From an uncultured Actinomycetes bacterium (GTDB lineage: Bacteria > Actinomycetota > Acidimicrobiia > Acidimicrobiales > CADCTF01), in assembly GCA_963731055.1 (NCBI GenBank), contig CAVSUD010000016.1, positions 39,914-103,913 of the forward strand: a DNA stretch of 64,000 nt, given 5' to 3'. Of this stretch, positions 1-10,915 are shown piece by piece (within the stretch, counting starts at the first letter, position 1; each line of letters opens with the position of its first letter). Position numbers and translations under genes: made by a program. The notes beneath the pieces were generated by a model that was given only the letters and a program-made list of their open reading frames with translations, was not told the origin of the DNA and ran no database searches.

Positions 1-1335
1 TTCGGGGCCCTCGTAGCGGATGACGACGATCGTGCCGGGCTCGATCGTGCCGGCCAGGATCGCCTCCATGGCGCCGTCCTCGCCGTCGAACACGCGGGCC
101 GTGCCCTCGAAGCGCGTCGTAGTCGATGCCCGCGACCTTCACCACCGAGCCCTTCGGCGCCAGCGAGCCGGTGAGGACGGCGATGCCGCCGTCCGCGTGG
201 ATCGGCTTCGAGACCGGGTGGACCACCGCGCCGTCGAGGCGCGGGCGGCGCGAGGTCCGCCAGGTTCTCGGCGATGGTCTTGCCGGTGACGGTGAGGCAG
301 TCGCCGTGGAGCAGGCCGGCGTCGAGCAGCTCCTTCATCACGACCGGGACGCCGCCGATGCGGTCGATGTCGGCCATGTGGTACTTGCCGTGCGGCTTGG
401 TGTCGGCGATGTGGGGCGCCTGCGTCGACCGACGCGGTTGAAGTCGTCGAGCTCGAGCTCGACCCGGGCCTCGTTGGCGATGGCCAGCAGGTGCAGCACG
501 GCGTTGGTCGAGCCGCCGAGGGCCATGACGACGGCGATGGCGTTCTCGAACGCCTCCTTGGTCATGATCTGGCGGGGCCGGATGCTCGAGGTCGAGCAGG
601 TTGACGACGGCCTGGCCCGACTCGTAGGCGAAGTCGTCGCGGCGGCGGTCGACGGCCGGCGGGTGACGACGAACCGGGCAGCGCCATGCCGATGGCCTCG
701 GCCACCGACGCCATGGTGTTGGCGGTGAACATGCCGGCGCACGAGCCCTCGGTCGGACAGGCGTTGCGCTCGATGAGCGCGAGCTCCTCGTCGGTCATCG
801 CGCCGGCGGCGTGGGCGCCGACGGCCTCGAACACGCTGGTGATGTCGAGGGCGCGTCGGCCGTCTGGGATGCGCCCGGGCAGGATCGAGCCGCCGTAGAG
901 GAACACCGACGGCACGTTGATGCGGGCCGCGGCCATCAGCATCCCGGGCAGCGACTTGTCGCAGCCGGCGAAGGTGACCAGCGCGTCGAAGCGCTCGGCG
1001 TGCATCACGGTCTCGACCGAGTCGGCGATGACCTCGCGGCTGACGAGCGACGCCCGCATGCCCTCGTGGCCCATCGAGATGCCGTCGCTCACGGCGATGG
1101 TGACGAACTCGATCGGGAAGCCGCCGGCCGCCCGCACGCCCTCCTTCGCCCGCTTGGCCAGGCGGTCGAGCGGCAGGTTGCAGGGCGTGACCTCGTTCCA
1201 CGACGAGGCCACCCCCACCTGGGGCTTGTCCCAGTCGTCGTCGGTCATGCCGATGGCCCGCAGCATGGCCCGCGCCGGCGCCCGCTCGAACCCGTCGGTG
1301 ACCTCGTGGCTGCGGGGCTTTCGGCGATCGCTCAC
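1..1335 (-). CDS. ilvD: dihydroxy-acid dehydratase (5' ~1.3 kb; 3' end lies beyond the left edge); frame broken around 560-730 in this sequence
   Basis: ORF 562-1335 reads [35 protein letters not shown]...[24 protein letters not shown]...[29 protein letters not shown]. It continues in a second frame ([34 protein letters not shown] in ORF 338-1366). These are classic IlvD/Edd motifs. Confidence 0.92.
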
Positions 1336-1380
1336 GGCGCAGCAGGTTAGGCGGCGCGTTCTGCAACGCCGCCCGGGCGG

Positions 1381-1980
1381 CTACCCCGCCTCGGTCGTCC
1401 CCGTGGTGCCGGCCGGCGCCTGCTCGTCGCCGGAGGAGTCATCGACCACCCCGTCGGTATCGCCGTCCTCGTCGACGTCGATCTTGCAGACCTTCTCGAA
1501 GTACGACTCGACGCGGTTGCTGGCGGCCTGGACCGTGGGCGAGTCGACGTCGACGCTCCCGGCCTCGGACTCGGGGACCTTGGTGAAGTCGTAGTCGTAC
1601 TTGGAGAGGAGCTTGTCGAGCTGGTCGAAGGCCTTGCCGACGGTGGCGACGTCCGCCTTGATCTCCGAGGGCGCCTGCTTCTCCAGGTTGACGATCGCCG
1701 CGGCCAGCTCCTTGTACTCCTTCTTCGCGTCGTCCGTGCTCTGCGACGGGTCCCCGGTGTCCTTGAAGTCCTTCTCGTACTGCTTGGCCAGCTCGCAGAA
1801 GTCGCCGCTCCCCTTACCGGAGAAGTCGGTGTCCGCCGAGGTGTCGGTCTTGCTGTCGGTCTTGGTGTCGCCGGTCTCGCTCGTGGCTCCGACCGAGGTG
1901 TCGCTCGAGGCATCGTCCCCGCCCCCGCAGGCCGAGAGGGCGAACATCGCGACGATCAAGACGAGGGGCAACTTCCGCAT
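1381..1980 (-). CDS. secreted lipoprotein, function unknown
   Basis: Intact 199-aa ORF. The N-terminus [18 protein letters not shown] has a signal peptide plus lipobox (LSAC). The mature part is acidic and Asp/Ser/Thr-rich. Confidence 0.7.
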   Translation of the reverse strand: MRKLPLVLIVAMFALSACGGGDDASSDTSVGATSETGDTKTDSKTDTSADTDFSGKGSGDFCELAKQYEKDFKDTGDPSQSTDDAKKEYKELAAAIVNLEKQAPSEIKADVATVGKAFDQLDKLLSKYDYDFTKVPESEAGSVDVDSPTVQAASNRVESYFEKVCKIDVDEDGDTDGVVDDSSGDEQAPAGTTGTTEAG

Positions 1981-2014
1981 CGGCAGATCGTACCCTCGGG
2001 TCTATCGTGCGCCG

Positions 2015-2965
2015 GTGACCGCGATCGTCCGGGCCGAGGGCGTCGTCAAGCGCTGGGGTTCGACCACGGCGCTCGTCGGTGCGTCGTTCGAGATCGGCCG
2101 CGGCATCACCGGCCTCCTCGGTGCGAACGGCGCGGGGAAGACGACCCTCCTCGGGCTGATGCTCGGCATGCACCGACCCGACGACGGCCGTCTCGAGGTG
2201 CTCGGGCGTGACCCCTGGACGCTGGGCCCGGAGGTCCGCGCCCGGGTCGGCTACGCCCCCGAGCACGACGCCCTGCCCGAGGACGTGCGGGCTCATGACG
2301 TCGTCCGTCACTTCGCCGAGGTGCACGGGCTGCCCCGCCGCGAAGCCCAGACGCGGGCGAGCGACGCACTGTGGGAGGTCGGGCTGGGCGAGGAGCGCTT
2401 CCGGGCCGTCGGCACGATGTCCACCGGGCAGCGCCAGCGGGTGAAATTGGCCCTCGCCATCGCCCACGACCCGGAGCTGGTGCTGCTCGACGAGCCCACG
2501 AACGGCCTCGACCCGGTGCAGCGCGACCAGATGCTCGCCCTGATCCGGCGGATCGGCCACGAGCTCGGGCTCGACGTCATCCTCTCGTCGCACCTCCTCG
2601 AGGAGGTCGAGCGGGTGAGCGACAGCGTCGTGATCATCGACCAGGGCCGCACGGTGCGCAGCGGCCGCCTCGACGACCTCCGGGGACTCGACCACGCCGA
2701 GCTGCTCGTCGAGCTCGTGGAGCCGGCCGCCGTCGTCGACGAACTCGTCGCCCGCCTTGCCGAGCGCGGCGTCGCGGCCGCGGTCGACGGCGCCCAGCTC
2801 GTCGTGGCGCTGGAGGGCGACGTCGTCTACGACCTGGTCCGCGACACCATCGCCGAGCGCGGCCTCGCCGTGCGCCGCCTGCAGCGGCGCACCGCCAGCC
2901 TCGAGGACGTCTTCCTCGCCGGCCAGGTGGCGGGTGAAGCCGGCGGGGCCGGCACGGTCGGATGA
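2015..2965 (+). CDS. ABC transporter ATP-binding protein
   Basis: In-frame GTG at 2015 inside ORF 1601-2965. Walker A GANGAGKTT, signature MSTGQRQRV, Walker B LVLLDEPTNGLD. The stop overlaps the next start (ATGA at 2962). Confidence 0.88.
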   Translation: MTAIVRAEGVVKRWGSTTALVGASFEIGRGITGLLGANGAGKTTLLGLMLGMHRPDDGRLEVLGRDPWTLGPEVRARVGYAPEHDALPEDVRAHDVVRHFAEVHGLPRREAQTRASDALWEVGLGEERFRAVGTMSTGQRQRVKLALAIAHDPELVLLDEPTNGLDPVQRDQMLALIRRIGHELGLDVILSSHLLEEVERVSDSVVIIDQGRTVRSGRLDDLRGLDHAELLVELVEPAAVVDELVARLAERGVAAAVDGAQLVVALEGDVVYDLVRDTIAERGLAVRRLQRRTASLEDVFLAGQVAGEAGGAGTVG

Positions 2966-3854
2966 GCGACGCACACGTCGGCCCCGAGGCCCGGATCCTC
3001 GACCGCGGCTACCGGCGCTACACCGGCCGTCGCGAGGGCCAGGCGCACGCCGTGCGAAGCGTCATCGCCCACACGCTCCGACGCATCCTCGGCCTCCGCC
3101 GTCCCGCCCGGGCCAAGGTCCTGCCCTTCCTCGCCATCGCGTTCGCGTACCTGCCGGCGACGGTGTTCGTCGGGATCATCGCCCTGTTCGGTCGCTTCGG
3201 GGGCCGCAACCAGGCTCGCCAGATCATCCCGGAGTACGGCGACTACTACGGCTTCATCGTCTCGGCCATCATCCTGTTCGTCGCCTTCGTTGCCCCAGAG
3301 GCGCTCTGCCCCGACCGCCGGAGTCGGGTGCTGAGCCTGTACCTCGCCTCCCCGCTCACCCGGATGACCTACCTCCTGTCGAAGGCCGCCTCGGTGGCCA
3401 TCGTCATCACCTTCGTCACCATCGGGCCGCCGTTGCTGCTCCTCCTCGGCCTCATGTTGCAGGGCGCCGGACCCGACGGGCCGGTCGAGGTGGCGAGGGT
3501 GCTGGTCCGCATCCTCGAGAGCGGTCTGTTCCTGGCCGCCCTCTACACCTGCCTGTCCGTCGCCGTCGCCAGCCTCACCGACCGGCGGGCCGTGGCCGCG
3601 GCGGCGACCCTCTTCGTCATCATCGGCTCGGCCATCGTGAGCGAGACGTTCGTGGAGGGCGTCGGCGTATCGCCCTCGCTCCGGGTGGCGAACCTCTCCG
3701 GCGGTCCGCTCGAGCTGGTGCGCCGGATCTACGGCTCCGTAGGGAGCTTCCCGGCCTCGAGACCTGGGTGCTCGTCGTGGGGATGGGCGTCTGGACCATC
3801 GGGGCCGGCGCCGTCGCCGTGCTCCGGTACCGACGGTTGCAGGTGACGCGTTGA
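2962..3854 (+). CDS. ABC-2 type transporter permease; one frame shift near 3735-3745
   Basis: ORF 2962-3846 is a multi-pass membrane protein (LPFLAIAFAYLPATVFVGIIALF, IVITFVTIGPPLLLLLGLML). The last ~35 codons continue in the frame of ORF 2757-3854 (ELPGLETWVLVVGMGVWTIGAGAVAVLRYRRLQVTR). That stop overlaps the next start (TTGA at 3851). Confidence 0.65.
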
Positions 3855-4768
3855 CGATCGAGGTGGTCGACGTCTCCAAGTGGTTCGGGTCGATCGTGGC
3901 GCTGTCGGAGGTCACCTGTCGGGTCGAGCCCGGCATCACCGCGTTGTTGGGACCGAACGGCGCCGGCAAGTCGACCCTGCTCCGCGTGTTGTGCGGGCTC
4001 ACGGCCCCGTCCCACGGCGAGGTGCGGATCCTCGGCCAGGTGCCCCGGCGTGCCCTCGCGCTCGACCGCGCGCATCGGCCTGGTGCCCCAACAGGAGGCG
4101 CTGTTCGATCCGCTCCCGCGCCGTGCAGTTCGTCCGGCTGGCGGCGGAGCTGCACGGCGTGTCCTCACCCGGCGCGGCCGCGGAGGCGGCGCTCGCGCTG
4201 GTCGACCTCGACCCCGGCGACACCCGTCCGGTGAAGACCTACTCGAAGGGCATGCGGCAACGGGTCAAGGTGGCGCAGGCCCTCGTCCACGGACCGGAGG
4301 TCGTGCTGCTCGACGAGCCACTCGAGGGCCTCGACCCGCGGCAGCGCCTCCGGATGATCGACCTGTTCCGACGCCTCGCCGACGAGGGGCGGACGGTCCT
4401 GATCTCCAGCCACGTCCTGGACGAGGTCGAGAGGTTCGGGTCGCGGGTGCTCGTGATCGCCCAGGGCCGCCTGGCCGCCGAGGGCGACTTCCACGCCATC
4501 CGGGACCTCATGGACGACCGTCCGCACCGCCTCCGCGTCGGAACCGACCGCGCCGCGGGCGCTGGCCGCCGGGCTTCTCTCGGCGGGGGCGGTGACCGGC
4601 GCGTGGGTCCAGGGCGCCGACAGCCTCGTCGTCGACACCGTCGACGTGGCCGCCTTCCGGCGGTCCGTCAGCGTCGTGGCCCGCGACGGAGGCGCCCGCC
4701 TCACCGAGGTCGTGCCGCTCGACGACGACCTCGACAGCGTCTTCCGGTACCTGGTGAACCGACGGTGA
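3851..4768 (+). CDS. ABC transporter ATP-binding protein; at least three frame breaks
   Basis: MTIEVVDVSKWFG...LLGPNGAGKSTLLRVLCGL (Walker A, ORF 3851-4234). RIGLVPQQEALFDPL (ORF 4050-4595). YSKGMRQRVKVAQALVHGPEVVLLDEPLEGLDP...ISSHVLDEVE (ORF 3880-5469). C-terminus DSVFRYLVNRR, then TGA at 4766-4768. Confidence 0.85.
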
Positions 4769-5469
4769 GCGCCATCTTCCGCCTGGTGCTCCGCACCCAG
4801 GTGACCAAGGGACGGGCGGCCGCCCTCGCCGTCGTGGGCCTCCTGGGGATCCTGCTCGGCTTCGCCATCGGCCGCTCCGGTGGCGGAAGCCGCTTCGACA
4901 TCGCCCACAACTTCGTCGGTGGCTTCGGCCTCGGCCTCCTGGTTCCGCTGACGGCGCTCGTCTTCGCCGCCGCCGCCCTGGGCGATCCGGCCGAGGACGG
5001 CACGCTCGTCTACCTGTGGCACCGACCCCTGGCGCGGTGGCGGATCGTCGCTGCGGCGGCGGCCGCCGCCCTGTGCATCGCCGTGCCCTTCGCCGTCGTG
5101 CCCACCGCCATCGCGGCAGCGGCCACCGGTCAGGGCCCTGCGCTGGTCTGGGCCGCCGTCGGGTCGTCGTTGCTGGCCTCCGCCGCGTACAGCGCGATCT
5201 TCCTCTGCCTGGGGCTGTTGGTGCGCCGAGCCCTGGCGTGGGGGCTCGCCTACGTCCTCATCTGGGAGGGCTTCGTGGCCAGGAGCGCGACCGGACCGGC
5301 GCGCTTGTCGGTGCTGGTCTACGCCCGCTCCGTCCTCGCCGACCTCGCCGGCCACGCCCCGCCCCGCCTGGCCGCATCGATCGGCACGTCCGTCGCAGTG
5401 CTGCTCGTGACAGCCGTCGCCGGGGTCGCGGCCACGACGTGGTCGCTGCGGCGGATCGACGTCCGGTGA
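4765..5469 (+). CDS. ABC-2 type transporter permease
   Basis: GTG 4765 overlaps the preceding stop (GTGA). VSAIFRLVLRTQVTKGRAAALAVVGLLGILLGFAIG... has several hydrophobic spans. Uninterrupted to 5469. Confidence 0.65.
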   Translation: MSAIFRLVLRTQVTKGRAAALAVVGLLGILLGFAIGRSGGGSRFDIAHNFVGGFGLGLLVPLTALVFAAAALGDPAEDGTLVYLWHRPLARWRIVAAAAAAALCIAVPFAVVPTAIAAAATGQGPALVWAAVGSSLLASAAYSAIFLCLGLLVRRALAWGLAYVLIWEGFVARSATGPARLSVLVYARSVLADLAGHAPPRLAASIGTSVAVLLVTAVAGVAATTWSLRRIDVR

Positions 5470-6151
5470 TCGACGCGCTCCAGGCGATGGCGACGACCCG
5501 CGCCATCCGCCGGCTACCGTCCGCGATCCGATCCCCGACGACGACCTGGCCAGATCCTCTTCGCCGCCACCCGAGCCCCGTCGGGCTCCAACCGCCAGCC
5601 CTTCCGCTTCGTGGTGCTGCGCGACGGCCCGGCGGCGGCGGAGGCGAAGGCCCTCCTGGGCGGGGCGTTCCGGCGAGGCTGGTCCGCCAAGGCCGTCGAC
5701 GACGGCTACGGCGAGGCCGACGCATCCTCGCCCAAGGCCCGCATGGCGCCGCCACGATGCAGCACTTCGTCGACCACTTCGAGGCGATCCCGGTCGTCGT
5801 GCTCGCCTGCTACTCCCGACACCGCGGCCCCGACGCCGACGGAGGGCGCGTCGGTCTACCCGGCCTGCCAGAACCTCCTGCTGGCGGCGCGGGCCCTCGG
5901 CTACGGCGGGGTCATGACGATGTGGCACGCATTCGTCGAGGACGAGCCTGCGGACGCTGCTCGGCATCCCCGACGACGTGGCCATCGCCGCCACCATCCC
6001 GCTCGGCCGCCCCGTCGGGCGCGGCCACGGCCCGGTCCGGCGCCGGCCGTTGCCGGAGCTCGTCTACGAGGAGCGATGGGGCGAGTCGGCCCGGTGGGCC
6101 GTCGACCCGCCCGGCACCCGCTTCACCGGCAGCGGCGCGGACCGACCCTGA
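5466..6151 (+). CDS. nitroreductase family protein; several frame breaks
   Basis: GTG 5466 overlaps the preceding stop. Pieces lie in three frames: VIDALQAMATTRAIRRL, SNRQPFRFVVLRDGPAAAEAKALLGGAF, MQHFVDHFEAIPVVVLAC, ASVYPACQNLLLAARALGYGGVMTMW, VAIAATIPLGRP...ELVYEERWGE. Stop TGA at 6149-6151. Confidence 0.7.
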
Positions 6152-7241
6152 TCAGTCCCGCTCGAGCTGGAGCGGGGGGTAGTACGACTCGGGACCGCTG
6201 GCGCTGACGTCGGCGTACCAGCTGCCCTCGTAGAGGTCGGTCGGCGCCTGCAGCAGGTCGCTCGGCTGACCTTCGGCCGTCGTGGCGAGGGTCCAGGCCT
6301 GGCGCTTGTAGGTCCAGTTCTCGGGGTGCAGCTCGTGGGCCCGGCGGAACCAAGGCACCGCCGCGTCCGGGGTGACCGTGCGATGCAGGTGCTGGGCCAG
6401 CTCGAAGGCGGCCGCCGCCTCGGCGTGCTCGGGCGGACGGGGGCGGCTGCGGGCCACGACCTGGTCCGGGTCGAGGGCGAAGCGGCTGTCGGCCCCTGAC
6501 GACCCAGTCGTCGAGCGCGGCCCGGTAGGTCGCGGGCGTCGGCGTTGAACTTCTTGCACCGTCTCGGCTGAGGACGTCGTCGGGGAGGCCCATGTCGGGC
6601 AGTGAGCTTGATCGTCCGTCGAGCTTCCTCCGGTGACCTGGGCCGCGTGGGCCGGCCGGACGAGCGCCCGTCCTCGTCGATCCACACGGCCATGGGCACG
6701 TTCACGAAGCCGAGCAGCTCGTCGGTGACGTGGGCCTGGTCGATCAGGCGTCGGGTGGTCGGGCTTGGCCGCTTCGATGCACGGCCTGGCCGCGGCGTCG
6801 CCACCGAGGTCGAGGGCAATGGAGACGATCTCGACGCCGAGCGGCGAGAGCTCGTCCTGCAGGGCCTGCCACACGGGCAGGTCGTCGCGACAGCCTCACC
6901 ACGACGCCCAGGCGAGAGGCGACGACCTCTTCTTGCCGCGGAAGGACGCCAGGGGAACATGTCCCGTCCAGGTCGGGCAGGGAGATGTCCGGGACCTCGG
7001 CGGTGTCGAGGGCCCGGCCGCCGACCGTCGCCGGCCCGAGCGCCCACACGCCGTGGTCCTCGTCGTGGAGCATCGGCATGCCGAGACGGGCGGCCACGAC
7101 CTCGAGGTCGATCGGGTCGGTCGTCCCGCCCGGCAGCGGCACGCACATGGCGCCCTTGCACAGGCCCTCCGGCTTGGCCGTCCAGCCCGTGCGCGTGGCG
7201 AGCTCGGCCGCCGTGGCGTGCAGCGGGCCCGTGACGATCAC
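6152..7241 (-). CDS. ResA/TlpA-like thioredoxin-fold protein with an in-frame TGA (candidate selenocysteine) at 6896-6898; also several frame breaks
   Basis: N-terminal part VIVTGPLHATAAELATRTGWTAKPEGLCKGAMCVPLPGG (frame of ORF 6744-7652; GTG 7241 overlaps the upstream stop). Thioredoxin-like core HVPLASFRGKKRSSPLAWASW-TGA-GCRDDLPVWQALQDELSPLGVEIVSIALD. LIDQAHVTDELLGFVNVPMAVWIDEDGR lies in the frame of ORF 6064-7161. C-terminus ...WFRRAHELHPENWTYKRQAW...LQLERD ends at 6152. Confidence 0.65.
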
Positions 7242-7612
7242 GACGGAACCTGGATGAGCTCGAGGAGGTATCCCTCGGGATCGACGGCGAAGGCGATGAT
7301 GTTGTCGCCGAACGGCGACGCCTCCCGCGTGATCCGGCCGCCGTGCTCGACGATGGTGGCGGCGGTGCCGGCGGCGTCTCGCACGTAGAAGACGAACTTC
7401 GTCGCCTCGGTGTCGCTCGCCGGCTTCTCCCGGCCCTTGTGCTCCATCAGCACCAACGTCGGGGCACCCGGCTTGCCGGACCCGAGGAGGTGCTCCTTCA
7501 TGTGGTCGAGGTCCATGGCCTGGAGCTTCTTCAGCCCGAGCACGTCGACGTAGAACGCCGTCGCCTTGTCGAGGTCGGATACCGACATCCCCGTCGCCAT
7601 GAACACGCCCAT
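7238..7612 (-). CDS. VOC (glyoxalase/bleomycin-resistance/dioxygenase) family protein
   Basis: Intact 124-aa ORF: MSVSDLDKATAFYVDVLGLKK...FVFYVRDAAGTAATIVEHGGRITREASPFGDNIIAFAVDPEGYLLELIQ. This is the typical glyoxalase-fold pattern. Confidence 0.8.
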   Translation of the reverse strand: MGVFMATGMSVSDLDKATAFYVDVLGLKKLQAMDLDHMKEHLLGSGKPGAPTLVLMEHKGREKPASDTEATKFVFYVRDAAGTAATIVEHGGRITREASPFGDNIIAFAVDPEGYLLELIQVPS

Positions 7613-7638
7613 CGCCGGACCCTATTCGGTCGAGGCCG

Positions 7639-9103
7639 TCAGAGGCCGGCACGGGCGCGGAGGAGGGCGGTGACGGCCTTGCCGTCGGCCTTGCCCTGGG
7701 TCGCCTTCATGACCTGGCCGATCAGCAGGCCGGAGACCTTGGGGTCGCCGGCCTTGAACTTCTCCCAGGCGTCGGCGTTGGCGGCGATGGCCTCGTCGAC
7801 GCGTGGCCTCGAGCGCGCAGGCGTCCATGGCCTCGAAGCCCGCGGGCGGCGGCGATGGCCGCGGGGTCGTCGCCTCACCGGCCAGCAGCTCGGCCAGCAC
7901 CTGCTTGGCCTGGGTGGCGGTGAGCTTGCCGCTCGACTCCATGGTGACGAGCTCGGCGAACGTCGGCGCGGTCAGCCGGTCGATGTGCTCGATCCCGGCG
8001 GCGACCTCGTTGGCGGCCCGGTTGATGGCGATCGCGCGGGTCGGCGCCGGCGGCGATGGCGTCGAGCACGAGCTCGTCGAGGTCCCGCTCGACCAGACAG
8101 CGCCACGTCGCCGGGCGGCGACGCCGGCGGCCGCGGCCAGGCCGGCCCGGCGCTCGGCGACGGCATGGCCGGCAGCGACGCCCGGACGGCGGCACGCCAC
8201 TCGTCGTCGGGCGCGACGGGCACGAGGTCGGGCTCGGGGAAGTAGCGGTAGTCGTACGGCCTCCTCCTTGGAGCGCATGGAGCGGCGTGCGCCCGTCGTC
8301 CTCGTCCCAGTGCCGGGTCTCCTGCACGATCGCGCTCGCCGGCCTCGAGCAGGTCGATCTGGCGTGCGACCTCGTACTCGATGGCCCGGCCGAGCGAGCG
8401 GAGCGAGTTGATGTTCTTGATCTCGCAGCGGGTGCCGAACGCGGCGTCGGGCCGCGGGCGCACCGACACGTTGGCGTCGACCCGCATCGAGCCCTCCTCC
8501 ATCTTCCCGTCGGACGACGCCGATGGCCACGAGGATGGCCCGCAGCTCGCTCGACGTAGGCCTTGGCGTCCTCGGCGGTGCGGAGGTCGGGCTCGCTCAC
8601 GATCTCCAGCAGCGGCACGCCGGCGCGGTTGTAGTCGACGAGGCGAGTGGTCGGCGCCGTGGATGCGCCCGCCGCCGCCGACGTGGGTGGACTTGCCGGT
8701 GTCCTCCTCGAGGTGGGCCCGCTCGATGCCGATGCGCGTGCCGTCGGGCAGCTCGAGCCAGCCGTCGACGTTGATCGGCTGGTCGTACTGCGATGACCTG
8801 GTAGTCCTTCGGCATGTCCGGATAGAAGTAGTTCTTCCGGTGGAAGATCGCTCGGCCGGCACCTCGCAGTGCGAGCGCCACGCCGATGCGCATGGCGTAG
8901 CTCGACCGCCTGGCTGGTTGAGCACCGGCAGCGACCCGGGCAGGCCGAGGCACACCGGGCAGACGTTGGTGTTGGGCTCGGCGCCGAACTCGTTGCGGCA
9001 CGCCGCAGAACAGCTTCGTGGCGGTGGCGCAGCTCGCAGTGCACCTCGAGCCCGATCACCATCTCCCAGGCGTCGTCCGTGTCGTCGCGTCGATGGCGGT
9101 CAT
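7639..9103 (-). CDS. gatB: Asp-tRNA(Asn)/Glu-tRNA(Gln) amidotransferase subunit B; many frame breaks
   Basis: ATG 9103 overlaps the gatA stop (ATGA). Pieces: [43 protein letters not shown]...[31 protein letters not shown]-terminus [50 protein letters not shown] (ORF 7639-7878). Pieces occupy all three frames. Confidence 0.92.
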
Positions 9104-10535
9104 GGCGACGCCTCCTCGAGCGCCGCGGCGGCACGGAACATCAGCGGCTCCTCGAGGCGCCGGCCAGCACCTGCACGCCGACCGGCAGCCCGTCGTCGCC
9201 GGTGCCGAAGGGCACGCGACATGGCCGGGTGGCCGGCCAGGTTCGACGGGATGGTGCAGACGTCGGACAGGTACATGGCCAGCGGGTCGGCGGTCTTGGC
9301 CCCGAGCGCGAACGCCGTGGTCGGGCGCGGTGGGCGACAGCAGCACGTCGAAGCTCGCTCGTACGCGGCCTCGAAGTCGCGGATGATCAGCGTGCGGACC
9401 TGCTGGGCCTGGCCGTAGTAGGCGTCGTAGTAGCCGGCCGACAGGGCGTAGGTGCCGAGCATGATGCGGCGCTTCACCTCGGCGCCGAAGCCGGCGGCGC
9501 GGGTGCGCCGTTCATCTGCGGTGACGTCGTCGGCCGTCGACGCGCAGGCCGTAGCGGACGCCGTCGTAGCGGGCCAGGTTGCTCGACGCCTCGGCCGGGG
9601 CGATCAGGTAGTAGGCGGACAGGCCGTAGATCGCGGCCGGCACCGACACCTCCTCGACCTTGGCGCCCGCCGCGGCCGAGCGCCTCGGCGGCCGCCGTCG
9701 ATCCGGGCCAGGACGTCGGGGTCGATGCCCTCGGCCTCGGTGAGCTCCCGCACGATCGCCGATGCGCAGGCCGTCGACGCCCTCGTCGAGGTACGTCGGC
9801 ACGGCGCGGCGCGGGCTCGGGGATCGACGTGGAGTCGCAGCGGGTCGTGCCCGGCGATCGACCTCGAGCAGGAGCGGCGGCGTCGGCCACGGTGGCCGCG
9901 AACGGGCCGATCTGGTCGAGGCGAGCTGGCGAAGGCGACGAGCCCGTAGCGGCGACACGGCGCCGTAGGTGGGCTTCACGCCGACGACGCCGCAGAGGGC
10001 GGCGGGCTGGCGGATCGACCCGCCGGTGTCGGAGCCGAGCGCGAGCGGCGCGAACCCGGCGGCGACCGCCGCCGCGCTGCCGCCCGCTCGAGCCGCCGGG
10101 CACGCGGGTCGGGTCGTGCGGGTTGCGGGTCGGGCCGAAGGCCGAGTTCTCGGTGGAGCGAGCCCATGGCGAACTCGTCGAGGTTGGTCTTGCCGACGGG
10201 GACGGCGCCGGCGGCTCGAAGCCGCTCGACGACGGTGGCGTCGTACGGCGGGCGCCACCCCTCGAGGATCCGCGACGAGCACGTGGTGGGGATGCCGCGC
10301 GTGCAGAGGTTGTCCTTGAGCGCGACGGGCACGCCGGCCAGCGGGCCCGGGTCCTCGCCCGCCGCCACCGCGGTCGACGGCGTCGGCGGCGGCGCGAGCC
10401 TCGTCGGCGAGGACGAGGTTGAAGGCGTGGAGCTCGCCCTCGCGCGCCTCGATGGCGGCGAGGTGCTCCTCGACCACCTCGCGGGCCGTGCGGGCACCGC
10501 CCCGGACGGCGGCGGCGATCTCGACGGCGGCTCAC
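9100..10535 (-). CDS. gatA: Asp-tRNA(Asn)/Glu-tRNA(Gln) amidotransferase subunit A; many frame breaks
   Basis: [20 protein letters not shown]. Amidase signature [67 protein letters not shown]-terminus [38 protein letters not shown] (ORF 9100-9477). The start is approximate (GTG 10535 overlaps the gatC stop). Confidence 0.92.
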
Positions 10536-10839
10536 GGCGCCTCCCCCAGGATCGGCGGGACGCGGAAGCGGCCGTCCTCGGCCGCCGGGGCCATGGCGAG
10601 CACCTCGTCGCGGTCGAGCGCCGGGCCGGGGCACGTCGCTCGCGGAGCACGTTGACCAGCGGCAGCGGGTGGGCCGTGGGCGGGACGTCGTCGAGTGTCG
10701 AGCGCCTCGACGTCCTCGGCGTGCTCGAGCACGGCCGCGAGCTGGCCGGTGAAGAGCTCGAGCTCCTCGTCGGTCAGGTCGAGCCGGGCGAGGGTCGCGA
10801 CGTGGCGACGTCGGCAGCGGTGATCTTGTCGGAGGCCAT
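10532..10839 (-). CDS. gatC: Asp-tRNA(Asn)/Glu-tRNA(Gln) amidotransferase subunit C; frame breaks
   Basis: [45 protein letters not shown] ... [27 protein letters not shown] (ORF 10532-10732). It sits directly upstream of gatA. Confidence 0.88.
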
Positions 10840-10915
10840 GGCGGCGGCGAGCCTACCGGCGGCCTCCTGCGGAGCCGACGGCCCGTCCCGGAACGGAGGT
10901 CGGAGCGCTACCGGC

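Noticed and set aside
7639-10839. gatB, gatA and gatC (and likewise ligA, mnmA, iscS) as genuine pseudogenes.
   Set aside because: All conserved motifs are still present in order and only the frame changes. These are essential single-copy functions, and similar breaks hit unrelated genes in patches. Sequence error is the simpler explanation.
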